Shown here: one piece after another, positions 9,915 through 19,654 of the stretch
Position numbering within the stretch: the first letter of the stretch is position 1
How the letters are laid out: every line of letters begins with the position of its first letter
Assembly: GCA_963742415.1 (NCBI GenBank)
Contig: CAVULX010000003.1
Location: 704,001-768,000, forward strand
DNA length: 64,000 nt
Source: an uncultured Parachlamydiaceae bacterium
Lineage (GTDB): Bacteria > Chlamydiota > Chlamydiia > Chlamydiales > Parachlamydiaceae
Direction: 5' to 3'
The notes under the pieces: generated by a model
Told to the model about the DNA's origin: nothing
Databases searched by the model: none
What the model saw: the letters and a program-made list of their open reading frames with translations, nothing else
Program-made: the position numbers and the translations under genes

Positions 9915-10585
9915 TTACCAGAATGCGTGAGAGAAATTTCTAGAATTTCTATCGGTACTTGATATCCCTCGGTATAAAGATTCGATAAGGTTTCCTCAAA
10001 AAATGATGCGCAGTGTTCGTATTCTTCTGCAGCGCAGGAAAAATCAAGCATGCAGAGGCGTTGATCAATAATTGTAATGTACATAGTCGATATGTAGGGT
10101 AATGACTGATCAGGGATATCGAGGCTATTGTGTTCAATGATGACAGTAGTATCAGCAACAACCTTAATCCATTCAATACCTTTCACATTGATTCTGCTCA
10201 AATCCACAATGCGATTTTTTGGCATAGGTGTGTCGCCGTCCTCTTCTTCATTCTGTTCCAATAAGTCAAAGGCAGGAATTGTGTCAATTTGGCCTAGATT
10301 ATATTGGGATAATTGAATGTCCAAGAGATCCAAGGTGACATCGGATGGAAGTTTTGTTTTAGGAGAAGAAATCGAAAACTCGACGTCGCCCCTCATTTGA
10401 TCACTGCCGTGGTCACGGTATTCAAAATCCATGTTCTCTGCGCCTTCATCACCATATAAAATCCAACCTGGATTCAGATTGATATGGTTTAAAGGGGAGG
10501 GAAAGGAAGTATCGATGTCAGTAGAGTTGGCAAACGATTGGATTGCTAGGCAAATCCCAAAAATCAAATAAGATAATTTATTCAT
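9911..10585 (-). CDS. Hypothetical secreted acidic protein
   Basis: Start re-called to ATG 10585 (MNKLSYLIFGICLAIQSFA, a signal peptide) with an AGGAG RBS. The longer ORF-track extension looks non-coding. Confidence 0.65.
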   Translation of the reverse strand: MNKLSYLIFGICLAIQSFANSTDIDTSFPSPLNHINLNPGWILYGDEGAENMDFEYRDHGSDQMRGDVEFSISSPKTKLPSDVTLDLLDIQLSQYNLGQIDTIPAFDLLEQNEEEDGDTPMPKNRIVDLSRINVKGIEWIKVVADTTVIIEHNSLDIPDQSLPYISTMYITIIDQRLCMLDFSCAAEEYEHCASFFEETLSNLYTEGYQVPIEILEISLTHSGN

Positions 10586-10694
10586 AATAAAATAACTCCT
10601 ACAAAAATTTAAGAAGATTGTAACAAAAATTTCAATTAAATAAAAGAAAAATTTATTTAAGAGGGGATGAAAATTGATTTTTATTTTCAAAAAG

Positions 10695-11276
10695 ATGTTA
10701 GTGGCATATTTTGAAGGTATAGTAAGAGCAGCAGTTTGCTCTGGGCGAAAAAGGAAGTTTATGCAGCCGGCAAGGGTAGATGGTTCTTTAACCCTTTTGT
10801 ACACAAGCGGAGAAGGGGAAATCGCAATAGTTTTGTATGACGTGGAAAAAAAAGCTGGAAGTGCAGCACCTTGGCACAAAACAACAGACAAAGTCAATCA
10901 ACTGGCTAGTCAATGCGATTCGACCGTAGGAGTCCATAAGGACTCGGTAACTCATAAGTTCGACTTTATCAATGAATTTACTGATTATTTTTTTAAAACA
11001 GAAACAGCATCAAAACCCAAAGAAAAAAAGGAAAAAATTGTTGGAAATATCACCCGCTGTTCTACATGTGGGATAATCATTCTTAATATTAATTTAAATG
11101 ATGTGGCCAAAATGGAAAATGATCTCGATAAAACTTCATTTATTGATCCATATAAAGTTGGTCATTGCATCGTAAAAGATGGTATTTATCAGGTAGGTGA
11201 CGTTGGCTTAGGGAGATATGTGGTGACCCTGATTGGTAAACATGACCACACAGCCCACCATAAATGGCAAGGATAA
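10695..11276 (+). CDS. Hypothetical protein (start uncertain; ATG 10695 or 10761)
   Basis: ORF with globular composition and no recognised motif. Confidence 0.5.
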   Translation: MLVAYFEGIVRAAVCSGRKRKFMQPARVDGSLTLLYTSGEGEIAIVLYDVEKKAGSAAPWHKTTDKVNQLASQCDSTVGVHKDSVTHKFDFINEFTDYFFKTETASKPKEKKEKIVGNITRCSTCGIIILNINLNDVAKMENDLDKTSFIDPYKVGHCIVKDGIYQVGDVGLGRYVVTLIGKHDHTAHHKWQG

Positions 11277-11382
11277 GTTGCCGTTCTTTTCTTCTATGAA
11301 TTTACTTTTCAAAAATACCCTAGAGTCATATCCTAATGCCCGTAAGAGCGGATTGCTCAAAAAAAATCAAAAAGGGGTCGAT

Positions 11383-11748
11383 ATGAAAAAAATATTACTA
11401 ATGCTCAGTTTAGCCGTTTGTAATTTAGAAGCCACCCATTTTCAAAGTTCAATGTCAGTGACCCCTATCAACGGTCAAGAAACAATAGAATATTTGGTCG
11501 AAATGCAAATTGAAAAAGTGGTTGATGGTTTTTCTTCACCCCAGCTCATCGCTTCACCGAAAATGATTTGCAGCCAAGGGGAACCCGCTCAAATTTTATT
11601 CGAATCAGAAGATAAAGCCGAACTCCTTTCCATTCAAGTAGTATGCGACGAAAGCGCTCTTCAAAAAGGGATTCACGCCTCAGTTTTGATGAAAGAAAAA
11701 GGGGAAGTTGTCCTCTCTTTTGAGAATAACATCAAAGTCCCCCTTTAG
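11383..11748 (+). CDS. Hypothetical secreted protein
   Basis: MKKILLMLSLAVCNLEA signal peptide after an AGGGG RBS. Confidence 0.65.
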   Translation: MKKILLMLSLAVCNLEATHFQSSMSVTPINGQETIEYLVEMQIEKVVDGFSSPQLIASPKMICSQGEPAQILFESEDKAELLSIQVVCDESALQKGIHASVLMKEKGEVVLSFENNIKVPL

Positions 11749-11764
11749 ACTCAAATAATTTTAA

Positions 11765-12148
11765 ATGAGTAAAGGAGATCTCATGAGTTTAGATGGAATA
11801 GGAAGCTATTTTTGGGGCTTTCGCGCAGGTTATTTTTGGGGTTATGCAAATCAAGATTGTTTAATGGAAAAAAGATCCTCAAAGGGCGATGAAACTTCGG
11901 AAAAGAATTCTGTCGAAAATAAACAGTTACCTGCGGACTCTGAATGGGTAAACATAGATTTAGAGGATCTTGATCTGGATCCCTCAACGTTTAATTCGAA
12001 GTATGGCGGATTTGACAATCGCGGAGAGCCAGCATCGGTCAGTGCGGACTTGAAAGAAAAGTTCCACACCAAACGTCAACAAAAAAAACGTTCACCAGAA
12101 AAAAAGCAAGTAATTCAGGAGCTTGCTGGACAGATCATTCAAAAGTAG
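11765..12148 (+). CDS. Hypothetical protein
   Basis: 127-aa ORF with an internal AGGAG before ATG 11783 (alternative start) and a short repeated GYFWG-like motif. Confidence 0.5.
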   Translation: MSKGDLMSLDGIGSYFWGFRAGYFWGYANQDCLMEKRSSKGDETSEKNSVENKQLPADSEWVNIDLEDLDLDPSTFNSKYGGFDNRGEPASVSADLKEKFHTKRQQKKRSPEKKQVIQELAGQIIQK

Positions 12149-12324
12149 ATAACTGGCAGAAGTGGACAAAGCGGACAGCACGAATGGGCATGTACACCTT
12201 GTCCACCCCTTTCCATAAAAAAATTATTTAATTTTAATAAAATTGATTTTGTCTGATGATAAAAACAATTGAGTAAAAATATTGAAGCTATCCAAGTCAT
12301 TTTTTAGCGAAATTATGAAATTTC

Positions 12325-12367
12325 GGAGTATACTCCTATTTTATCAAACAAAAATGGACTATACTCC
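12325..12367. promoter_or_regulatory. Paired palindromic operator-like site (copy 1)
   Basis: GGAGTATACTCC (12325-12336) and GGACTATACTCC (12356-12367). The same arrangement occurs at 18215-18258. Confidence 0.65.
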
Positions 12368-12391
12368 ATTAAAATTTAAAAAAAATTTGCA

Positions 12392-12592
12392 TTTTTAATA
12401 AAATCTGATATGGTTGATGCAAGCAATATTAGTTCTTTCCGTAAAATCACAAAAGATATTTCTGGATGTGAGGCAATCGTTCTTAGTCAAGATCGTTTTA
12501 TGAAAAAATTTGATCACGTCACTTGTTATCCATGGAAACAAGGTATAGAGGAATATTTTCCCGAAGTGATTAGTGCTCCTAAAAACACTTAA
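12392..12592 (+). pseudogene. Probable 3' remnant of an AAA_14/DUF4143-type ATPase gene
   Basis: (IKS)DMVDASNISSFRKITKDISGCEAIVLSQDRFMKKFDHVTCYPWKQGIEEYF resembles, from recall, the C-terminal tail of this family. It sits behind the same operator pair as the intact ATPase at 18261. Confidence 0.45.
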
Positions 12593-12656
12593 AACTTGTA
12601 CAAACGTGTTCATCTACAAATACTTTTTTATACTAATTTCAAGATCGACTCTCTAC

Positions 12657-14825
12657 TTAGTCCAAGAGCGCGGTGGATTCTCTTTGATCGCTGATTAAAT
12701 CAAAGAGGGTCATGCCGGTATAGCCAATAGCTCCGACATCTCTCAACCATGCAGACATCCCTTCTCCAAAACGATCCCTTTCACTATGGGTATAGAAGAT
12801 ATCTAGAGGCATCGAAAAGCTCACACCTTTGTCGTGATAAGTTTTACCATTGATATGATCTTGTGCATTTGTCCATGTATACCAAATGTTCAACCGTAGG
12901 CCGCTAGGAAAATAACGGCTAACTTCAAAGCGGAAGCCCCAATCATTGGCCAAGAATTTTCCTGCTTTGACGCGGAAGTCGAGTTCGCAGGAGCACAAAT
13001 TATAATAAAAATTTAGAAAATATTGTTTTCCAATGAACTTTTTATAGGTCGATTCGAAGCCATGAAGCTTCCGGACCCGATCGGAAAAAGTCACACCTGT
13101 GTAGTTCCGTTTGCGCAGATAGGCTGTTTCTGCTCCAAAAGCCCAGCAAGATCTGACAGGATAATAAAGGAACTCAGTGGCGACACCTCCATAAGCTTCC
13201 TCAAAAAGGCCGGCAGAAACCCTTGAATACCATCCTCTCCCCATATTCCAGCTTTTTTGCACATAGGCTTCATCGAGAGAGATCCCTTTATGCTTGCTAT
13301 ACTCAATCGTGTCGGTTCTGACATTGATAAGCTGTGAAGGATTGAGCCGGTCGATCCCTGTGAGCCCTCGCATATTATTGAAGATGTTGATCCCGATTAA
13401 AGTGGAATAATAGACATCTTGGTACAAAAAGCCATTCAAGCCTAGATGAAGGCCTATGGCATATTTAAATTTACCTTTAGAGCTCCCAAAGAGGGTTTGC
13501 ACTTTGGGAAACAATTCGACATTCCAAAAATTGCGCCGATTTTTAAAGAGCAAAGCTGAATTGCAAGGGGAGGGATAGGTAACTTCTTGTAAGGGAGTCA
13601 AAAGATTCAGTTCATGTACTCCCATCTCTTCGATATTGTACAGATGGATATAATCCATGTTGTACCGATATTCTTGGATGGGGAACCCTTCGCTTTCGAT
13701 CACGATCACCACTTCGTCGACATCTTCTGGAATTAACGCTGAAACAAGGTGGTTTAAACGATCGCGAACCTCAGCCTCTTGACGGCAATTGTTGTTGATG
13801 ATCCGCAGCCTTAAGATCCTTCGAAGGCATTCGTCATAAGAAAGCCACACTTGCAATAAATCGAAACCCTGCTCTTCAAAGGGGTAAATCAAATCTTGCA
13901 CAAGAACGTCTTCAGGCCGGAGAATTCCCAAGGGTTCCGTGTTTGTAGGTGCAAGATAAGGCATCGGGTCATCTATTTTGGGAAGGATGCCTGTGGTATA
14001 GCCAAAATTATAAAAAGTGGAAAAAGCAAATGCAAGTTTTTGCCCTCGAACGTAGCTGAGGGTGAAGTCAAAATAGTCCCAAAGGCGATACTTTAGCCCA
14101 AAATTGAATGGGGTTTTTGTATTTCTCCCTTTGGGGTGATGTTCAATGTTATGTTTTCTATAGGGGGTAGCATCATATTCGGTCACAAGGCTCAAAGGCC
14201 GTAAATAGCACCAAGGGCATTTTCTGAAGGGAAACCAGGCCATGCCGCCGAACCACCGGTGGATCCGATGGTCTCCATAACCCAGGCTGACCTCCATGTC
14301 GTAATCTAAAAGAACCTGGGTCATCACGATGTAATAGGCATTGAAATTTTTTGTTCCGATAAAGTCTTCATAACCAATAGCGATACCTGGCAGGGTGTAG
14401 CCGCTATCTTCGGGAGAAAATATAGAAAACTTAACGTTAGCCCCTTTATCGGAAAGATCTCCGAAGCCCAATGGGGAAAGGACAGGATCTTCCACCCCCT
14501 TAAAAATCCGATAATCGCCGGAAATCTCAAGGCGGCGGGTCAGCTGAACTCGTAAGTTGTAATTGATATACGGCGGAACCCAGGAATAACCGAGTCCAAT
14601 TTCCCCATCATTGCCCATTCTGGCAGATGGCATGTTGAGATATCCGCCTTGTAAGAGGTGATCAAAGGTGACAGGAAGCCGATCATTGATTCTGCAATTC
14701 CAATAATTCACAATGGTGAGGTCTTTCATTAAATCGGCTTGGGTATCCCTAACTAGGGGTAAGTCCTGCGCGAGACAAAAATAGGGGAACGATAAAAGCA
14801 AAAACAAGCGATAAAAAAAAGACAT
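12657..14825 (-). CDS. YjbH/GfcD-family outer-membrane beta-barrel (exopolysaccharide-associated) protein
   Basis: Signal peptide, GYLNMPSARM, DKGANVK, GLFEEAYGGVATEFLY, GKFLANDWG and DKGVSFSMPLD motifs typical of the YjbH family. Confidence 0.8.
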   Translation of the reverse strand: MSFFYRLFLLLSFPYFCLAQDLPLVRDTQADLMKDLTIVNYWNCRINDRLPVTFDHLLQGGYLNMPSARMGNDGEIGLGYSWVPPYINYNLRVQLTRRLEISGDYRIFKGVEDPVLSPLGFGDLSDKGANVKFSIFSPEDSGYTLPGIAIGYEDFIGTKNFNAYYIVMTQVLLDYDMEVSLGYGDHRIHRWFGGMAWFPFRKCPWCYLRPLSLVTEYDATPYRKHNIEHHPKGRNTKTPFNFGLKYRLWDYFDFTLSYVRGQKLAFAFSTFYNFGYTTGILPKIDDPMPYLAPTNTEPLGILRPEDVLVQDLIYPFEEQGFDLLQVWLSYDECLRRILRLRIINNNCRQEAEVRDRLNHLVSALIPEDVDEVVIVIESEGFPIQEYRYNMDYIHLYNIEEMGVHELNLLTPLQEVTYPSPCNSALLFKNRRNFWNVELFPKVQTLFGSSKGKFKYAIGLHLGLNGFLYQDVYYSTLIGINIFNNMRGLTGIDRLNPSQLINVRTDTIEYSKHKGISLDEAYVQKSWNMGRGWYSRVSAGLFEEAYGGVATEFLYYPVRSCWAFGAETAYLRKRNYTGVTFSDRVRKLHGFESTYKKFIGKQYFLNFYYNLCSCELDFRVKAGKFLANDWGFRFEVSRYFPSGLRLNIWYTWTNAQDHINGKTYHDKGVSFSMPLDIFYTHSERDRFGEGMSAWLRDVGAIGYTGMTLFDLISDQRESTALLD

Positions 14826-14980
14826 GCGACTATTCAGATAAAATGAATATTAAATCATCTTAGAGAGTAAAAGGCAAGGAGTTCTCGACTTTAAAACTTA
14901 AGCCGGCCCGTTGGGCCTTGGAAAATCCTATGAACCCTTAATAGGGGGTTTTGGCATTTATTTTGCTTCTATAACCCTAA

Positions 14981-15022
14981 TTGAAACCAAATAATTATTA
15001 AAGGTATAATAATCAGGAGGAG
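14981..15022 (+). promoter_or_regulatory. Sigma70/sigma66 promoter and RBS of 15029..16588
   Basis: TTGAAA (14981-14986), 18-nt spacer, TATAAT (15005-15010), then AGGAGGAG. Confidence 0.55.
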
Positions 15023-15028
15023 TATTTT

Positions 15029-16588
15029 ATGGGCAAGGATGATGAAATCACAAAAGAGCCACAAGGTCAACCATCCAATCTTCCCCCTCAGGCAAATTCG
15101 TCAGAAAATGCACAACATCCTAAATTTAAAGCGGTTATAAAAACTGGGACCAAAAAAGAAGGGGTTGCTGCCTCCGAAGCTAAGGTTGCCGGTTTGGCCG
15201 ATCTGCAAAAATTCAAGAAGGAAGAGGAGAAAATACACACCCGCTGGAAAAAGGTGATCGGTGAATTTGGAAAGACGCCTGAGACGGCCCTCTTACTTCA
15301 ATCTCTCGGACAACAAATGCAAAGGAGTGAAATAAGTTTAGCGGCTCATAAAGGGAAAATCATTTCAGTCGGGGATGAAAACAAGCGGATCTTTAAATTA
15401 GTCCAAGCGCATTTTGAGACAATTTCTAAGAAAACCATCGACGAAATAGAGCATTTATATCCCCACACCCTTCGACGGTTGTTCAATACTGCTTTAAGAG
15501 TCACAGAAGGGGATTGCGGCGAAAAAATTGAACATAAATTTGTTTTACACACTCAAGAATCCTCTTCATGGAAAACTGTATTTCCCCTTTTGTTGCTGGA
15601 AGCTTGTAGAAATTCTGCAAAAGGGCTTCCTTACCCGGAAATTTTTAACAAGCTCGTCAACAACCACCCTCAATGGAATAGGGTGATGGCTGGGCTCCAA
15701 TCCTTGTCCATACCTGAAATTGAGCATTTATTGTTGGAAGATACAGGGAATTTGAACCCCCAAACGGCTAAATGGAAACATCAAATTGAAGATCTAGGGA
15801 AACATGTCGATTGTGATCCTAAAACTCTTAAAGCGATCTCTTGGACATTTGAGCGTTATATCAGCCACTTATCCCACCCTTCGAGCCATCTAGTGCTCTT
15901 ATTTTTGAACATGAAATTCTACCATCGGGCTCTTGCTACGGCTGCAAACATGAAAAACCCAGCAGAAAAAACAAAAAGCCTTTTATTAGCTCTGGACGTC
16001 TTTCTAGAAAAAAAAGATATCACCCGGGCATTAGAATGCTGGGGCTTGCTTACTTCCAAAGGAGAGTGGATAAAAGCCTCTAGAAAAATAGAAAAGATGG
16101 TGGAAATTCTCATAGAAAATTCCCAAGTGGATCAAATCATGTCCTTAGCTAATATGGCTCATGATGATGCAGAGAGGGATATTGCGCTAAAAGAAGTGTC
16201 TCAATGTCTGATTAAATACCGATTTTATGATCAGGGATTGAAAGCAGCTAATTTGATTCGTGACGAAGATATCAGGGACCAAACCTTGAGCAACCTAGTC
16301 CATGTATTAGCTGGGCAAAAACAATTTAAAAAAGCTAAAGAATTGCTCCCCTCCATTCACGATGCAGGTTTCAGAGAAGATGGTGTCATGTACATTGTTA
16401 AAGCGTACTTGGCTTTAAGATATGTGGATGAAGCTGTCCATTTTATTGAAGCGATGCCTATTAAACAAGAAAAAGCAAAGCCTGCACGGCTTATTGAAAG
16501 TGCCTTGAAAGCCTTTCATATGGATGAAAAAGTCCGCAAATTGCGTCAAACGCTCCTCTTCCAAATGCCTCAACGCTTCGTGGCTTGA
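15029..16588 (+). CDS. Hypothetical protein with disordered N-terminus and C-terminal alpha-helical (TPR-like) repeats
   Basis: Strong RBS. Gln/Pro/Ser-rich N-terminus, then ~35-aa repeats of the type A..I.D...RD..L. Confidence 0.7.
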   Translation: MGKDDEITKEPQGQPSNLPPQANSSENAQHPKFKAVIKTGTKKEGVAASEAKVAGLADLQKFKKEEEKIHTRWKKVIGEFGKTPETALLLQSLGQQMQRSEISLAAHKGKIISVGDENKRIFKLVQAHFETISKKTIDEIEHLYPHTLRRLFNTALRVTEGDCGEKIEHKFVLHTQESSSWKTVFPLLLLEACRNSAKGLPYPEIFNKLVNNHPQWNRVMAGLQSLSIPEIEHLLLEDTGNLNPQTAKWKHQIEDLGKHVDCDPKTLKAISWTFERYISHLSHPSSHLVLLFLNMKFYHRALATAANMKNPAEKTKSLLLALDVFLEKKDITRALECWGLLTSKGEWIKASRKIEKMVEILIENSQVDQIMSLANMAHDDAERDIALKEVSQCLIKYRFYDQGLKAANLIRDEDIRDQTLSNLVHVLAGQKQFKKAKELLPSIHDAGFREDGVMYIVKAYLALRYVDEAVHFIEAMPIKQEKAKPARLIESALKAFHMDEKVRKLRQTLLFQMPQRFVA

Positions 16589-16599
16589 TGGTTTTGTTT

Positions 16600-17991
16600 C
16601 TATCCGAGAACTTCTTTGGCATACTGTTTGAGCCCTTTTTTCATGATTTCTGTCATTTCTATTTTAGAAGGGCAGACAAAGGTAGGCAGGGCAAAATCTT
16701 CACTATCAACTTCGAGCAAGCCATAAGTATCGGCAAGCTCGAAATCTTCAGCCATCACCGCTTTGACCAAGAGCATTGTAGGAACATCCAAGGGCATCAC
16801 CTTATCGCACAAGGTGCTGTCGATAAAGGCGCGATGTTCCCCGTGCAAACTCGTTGTAAAGTCATACTCCCTCGTCCGATTGTCAAAATGCCCTGTCATA
16901 TAAGCACGGCTAAAAGAATAGGTATCGAGGCCTAATCTGAAAAAATGTAAAAATTCGCGGCTGGTGCTATCAGGTATCACACAAAAGACATAATCATGAA
17001 ATCCCAAAAAGTCGTCGGTAGAAACTTGATGGCCCATTAAAGGATCGCCAGAAACAAAGCGCAATTTCCCTTTTTGTATTCTACCGGCAATGGGAGCTTC
17101 TATAGGGTATCCATGGCGCACTTTAAAATATCCGACTCTGTCTTCCAAGATTCCTGGACCAGCTATACTGATCACCCGGTCGATCAAGTATTTCCCGTTG
17201 AGGAGCAGGTGGCCGATCCCTGCAACAGTATGGGCGTTAACTGTCCAGACTAAACTATCGGGTTTGGAGATCCTATCGATAAACTGAATGTGCAAGGATT
17301 GGTTTGCGATGGGATGGGGCCCTTCTGCGGTGTGTTTTTGAACATGCTTTGCTTCTGTCAATGCTTTGCTTGAGGTCTCTTTGTTATAAACGAGATGGAC
17401 CTTCCCCGTAGTCAATTTACTAAGAGCTGTCAACCCTGCTTGGAATTCTTTTTCATGACCGAGGAGCTGCAGTTCGGCAGGGGGGGTAAAAGGGGCAGAT
17501 TCTAATCCTTTGACAAAGATGCTTCGGGGTTGTTGTTCGGGATTTGCTAAAAGATTGAAAGGCCTTGAGCGGATCGAAGCAAACATTCCCCCTTCTTTTA
17601 ACCTTTCGATGATTTGCTCTCGAGTGGCTTTTTCGGGATCCATCGGAGGAAATGTAAGCCATTCTTCTTGCTTGGCCACTTGGATGACGATATCTCTTAA
17701 TGCTCTTTTCAGTCCTCTCCGGATCTCTTTGACAACCCCGGCGGCTGGGGACACAAACATTCGGCCCGGAAAAGATTTATCTTCAGCTAGAGGTTGTCCG
17801 ACTTTAACCACATCGTCCTCTTTGACGAGCAAGCGAAATTTGACATCTTCAAAAGGAGATAGATTAAGGGAGACAAAAGGGGGAGCTGGGAGGGAAGATG
17901 ATTCCCCGCTTAAGATAAGAGGTTTTAACCCTCCGGTAGGCTTCCCTTTGATGGGAATATCTAACCCTTTTTTAATTTTGATATGGACCAT
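16600..17991 (-). CDS. nqrA: Na(+)-translocating NADH-quinone reductase subunit A
   Basis: IKIKKGLDIPIKG, FVSPAAGVVKEIRRG, GPHP, KVMPLD and LLEVDSEDFALPTFVCPSK motifs. Stands alone without nqrB-F, as in chlamydiae. Confidence 0.95.
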   Translation of the reverse strand: MVHIKIKKGLDIPIKGKPTGGLKPLILSGESSSLPAPPFVSLNLSPFEDVKFRLLVKEDDVVKVGQPLAEDKSFPGRMFVSPAAGVVKEIRRGLKRALRDIVIQVAKQEEWLTFPPMDPEKATREQIIERLKEGGMFASIRSRPFNLLANPEQQPRSIFVKGLESAPFTPPAELQLLGHEKEFQAGLTALSKLTTGKVHLVYNKETSSKALTEAKHVQKHTAEGPHPIANQSLHIQFIDRISKPDSLVWTVNAHTVAGIGHLLLNGKYLIDRVISIAGPGILEDRVGYFKVRHGYPIEAPIAGRIQKGKLRFVSGDPLMGHQVSTDDFLGFHDYVFCVIPDSTSREFLHFFRLGLDTYSFSRAYMTGHFDNRTREYDFTTSLHGEHRAFIDSTLCDKVMPLDVPTMLLVKAVMAEDFELADTYGLLEVDSEDFALPTFVCPSKIEMTEIMKKGLKQYAKEVLG

Positions 17992-18214
17992 ACGACTCCA
18001 TTAAGATATAGCTACCGAACGCAGCTCCAAATTCCAATTTTGAATTACGTTCGGTATAGACGAAAGTTACTAAAAATGAACCATTACGGGCAATATCTTT
18101 CAAAATCGTATACAGCAGAGGGCATAGAACTTTGTTTTTTCTTTGCCTAAAAATTGAGTTGCCCTCAGTAAAATGTTCGAAATAATGAAATTAGATTGCT
18201 TTTGCATGAAATTT

Positions 18215-18258
18215 GGAGTATACTCCCAATTAAGACACAAAAAATTGGAGTGTATTCC
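18215..18258. promoter_or_regulatory. Paired palindromic operator-like site (copy 2)
   Basis: GGAGTATACTCC (18215-18226) and GGAGTGTATTCC (18247-18258), ending 2 nt before the ATPase start codon. Confidence 0.65.
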
Positions 18259-18260
18259 AA

Positions 18261-19472
18261 GTGTTCCGTTTTACTACTGAAACGTTTCACCGCCTTATTG
18301 AGAATCTAGATTTATCTCAAAGACGATACCTTTATCCTTCCTTTAATCTACGTAATAGATTGACAGGGCTCATTGGACCTCGCGGGGTGGGTAAAACAAC
18401 TTTATTACTCCAATACATTAAAAATGAGTTGTTTAAGGAAGGCAAATGCTTTTATTTTTCAGCCGATCTTATCTATTTTCAACAAACTACTCTACTGGAT
18501 TTCGTTAGCAATCTTCATTTAGTTGAAGGATATCGAATTATTTTTATTGATGAAATTCACAAATACCAGGGATGGAATCAAGAATTAAAAAACCTTTATG
18601 ATGCCTTTCCTTCACTTAAAATCGTGTTTTCAGGCAGTTCTATGCTTGATCTCGTAGAAGGTAGTCATGATTTGTCCCGTCGAGCCAAATTGTATCGTTT
18701 ACATGGACTATCTTTTAGAGAATATCTTAACTTTGCTTTGAATCTCGATTTAAAGACAGTTTCTTTCCAAGAAATTCTCGAAGATGCAGCAGCCTCTATA
18801 AGTCAGTTGAAAGGGGTTGATAGAATATTGCCCCATTTTGAAGATTATTTAAAAAACGGATACTATCCTTTTATGTTCGAAGATCCTCATTCTTATTATG
18901 AAAAGATATCTAGGGTCATTGACAAAACCGTTTTTGAAGACATAGCTAATTATTATAATCTGAAAACACCCAATCTCCAATATTTTAAGAGGCTATTAAC
19001 CTATCCTGCCTCAATGCCTCCTGGAGATCTCAATATGAACAATTTAGCAAAGAATTTAGGGATCGATCACAAAACTGTTGAACATTATATAACAATCTTA
19101 GCTTCGGTTGGATTGATTAGAGAAATGCGTCCTTATGAAGGAGGAAGTTCTGGCTTGCGAAAGCCTTTAAAAATTCTTCTAAACAATACTAATTTAATTC
19201 ATACGATGCAACAATATCTAGGCCAACAGCCTTCAAAAGGGATGGAAAGAGAATTATTTTTTATTCAATCTTTGCAAAATGCGGGTATTGAAATTTTTTA
19301 CTCTAAGCAAGCAGATTATAGAACCCGTCAAGTTGTATTTGAGATTGGTGGAAAGAATAAAACGAGGAATCAGTTAAGTACGATAAAAGAGCCTTCTTAT
19401 TTGGTTAAAGACAATATTCTTCATCCCCTTAAAAGAGAAATTCCGCTTTTCCTTTTTGGGTTTCTCTATTAA
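18261..19472 (+). CDS. AAA_14/DUF4143-family ATPase
   Basis: Walker A GPRGVGKTT, Walker B IFIDEIHKY, SGSS, DLSRRA, GLSFREYL, an HTH-like segment (NNLAKNLGIDHKTVEHYI) and a C-terminal FEIGGKNK. Confidence 0.88.
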   Translation: MFRFTTETFHRLIENLDLSQRRYLYPSFNLRNRLTGLIGPRGVGKTTLLLQYIKNELFKEGKCFYFSADLIYFQQTTLLDFVSNLHLVEGYRIIFIDEIHKYQGWNQELKNLYDAFPSLKIVFSGSSMLDLVEGSHDLSRRAKLYRLHGLSFREYLNFALNLDLKTVSFQEILEDAAASISQLKGVDRILPHFEDYLKNGYYPFMFEDPHSYYEKISRVIDKTVFEDIANYYNLKTPNLQYFKRLLTYPASMPPGDLNMNNLAKNLGIDHKTVEHYITILASVGLIREMRPYEGGSSGLRKPLKILLNNTNLIHTMQQYLGQQPSKGMERELFFIQSLQNAGIEIFYSKQADYRTRQVVFEIGGKNKTRNQLSTIKEPSYLVKDNILHPLKREIPLFLFGFLY

Positions 19473-19537
19473 CCTGAACTTTGGGTTTTTTTGCCCTTTG
19501 ACGCAGCCCAAAGGGCAGAAAAATCCAAAGTTCAGGT
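19472..19537. mobile_element. 66-bp palindromic MITE-like element flanked by TATTA direct repeats (may also act as terminator)
   Basis: ACCTGAACTTTGG...TGCCCTTTG-loop-CAAAGGGCA...CCAAAGTTCAGGT, with TATTA at 19467-19471 and 19538-19542. A half copy occurs at 21798. Confidence 0.65.
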
Positions 19538-19654
19538 TATTAATTGCTGGTGAACAGATGCGATTTTGCTTTTTTTGACCAAATACGCAACGACATGAGG
19601 CAGTTTCTGCAGGAAAACGATATTGACGCCAACTAGCAAGAAGCTTTTGAAGGA

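Noticed and set aside
10586..10897. N-terminal extension of ORF 9911..10897
   Set aside because: It overlaps the opposite-strand ORF and AT-rich intergenic DNA; a better start with RBS and signal peptide lies at 10585.
12160..12206. GTGGACAA...TTGTCCAC inverted repeat after 11765..12148
   Set aside because: Short stem, long loop and a single copy; it cannot be classified.
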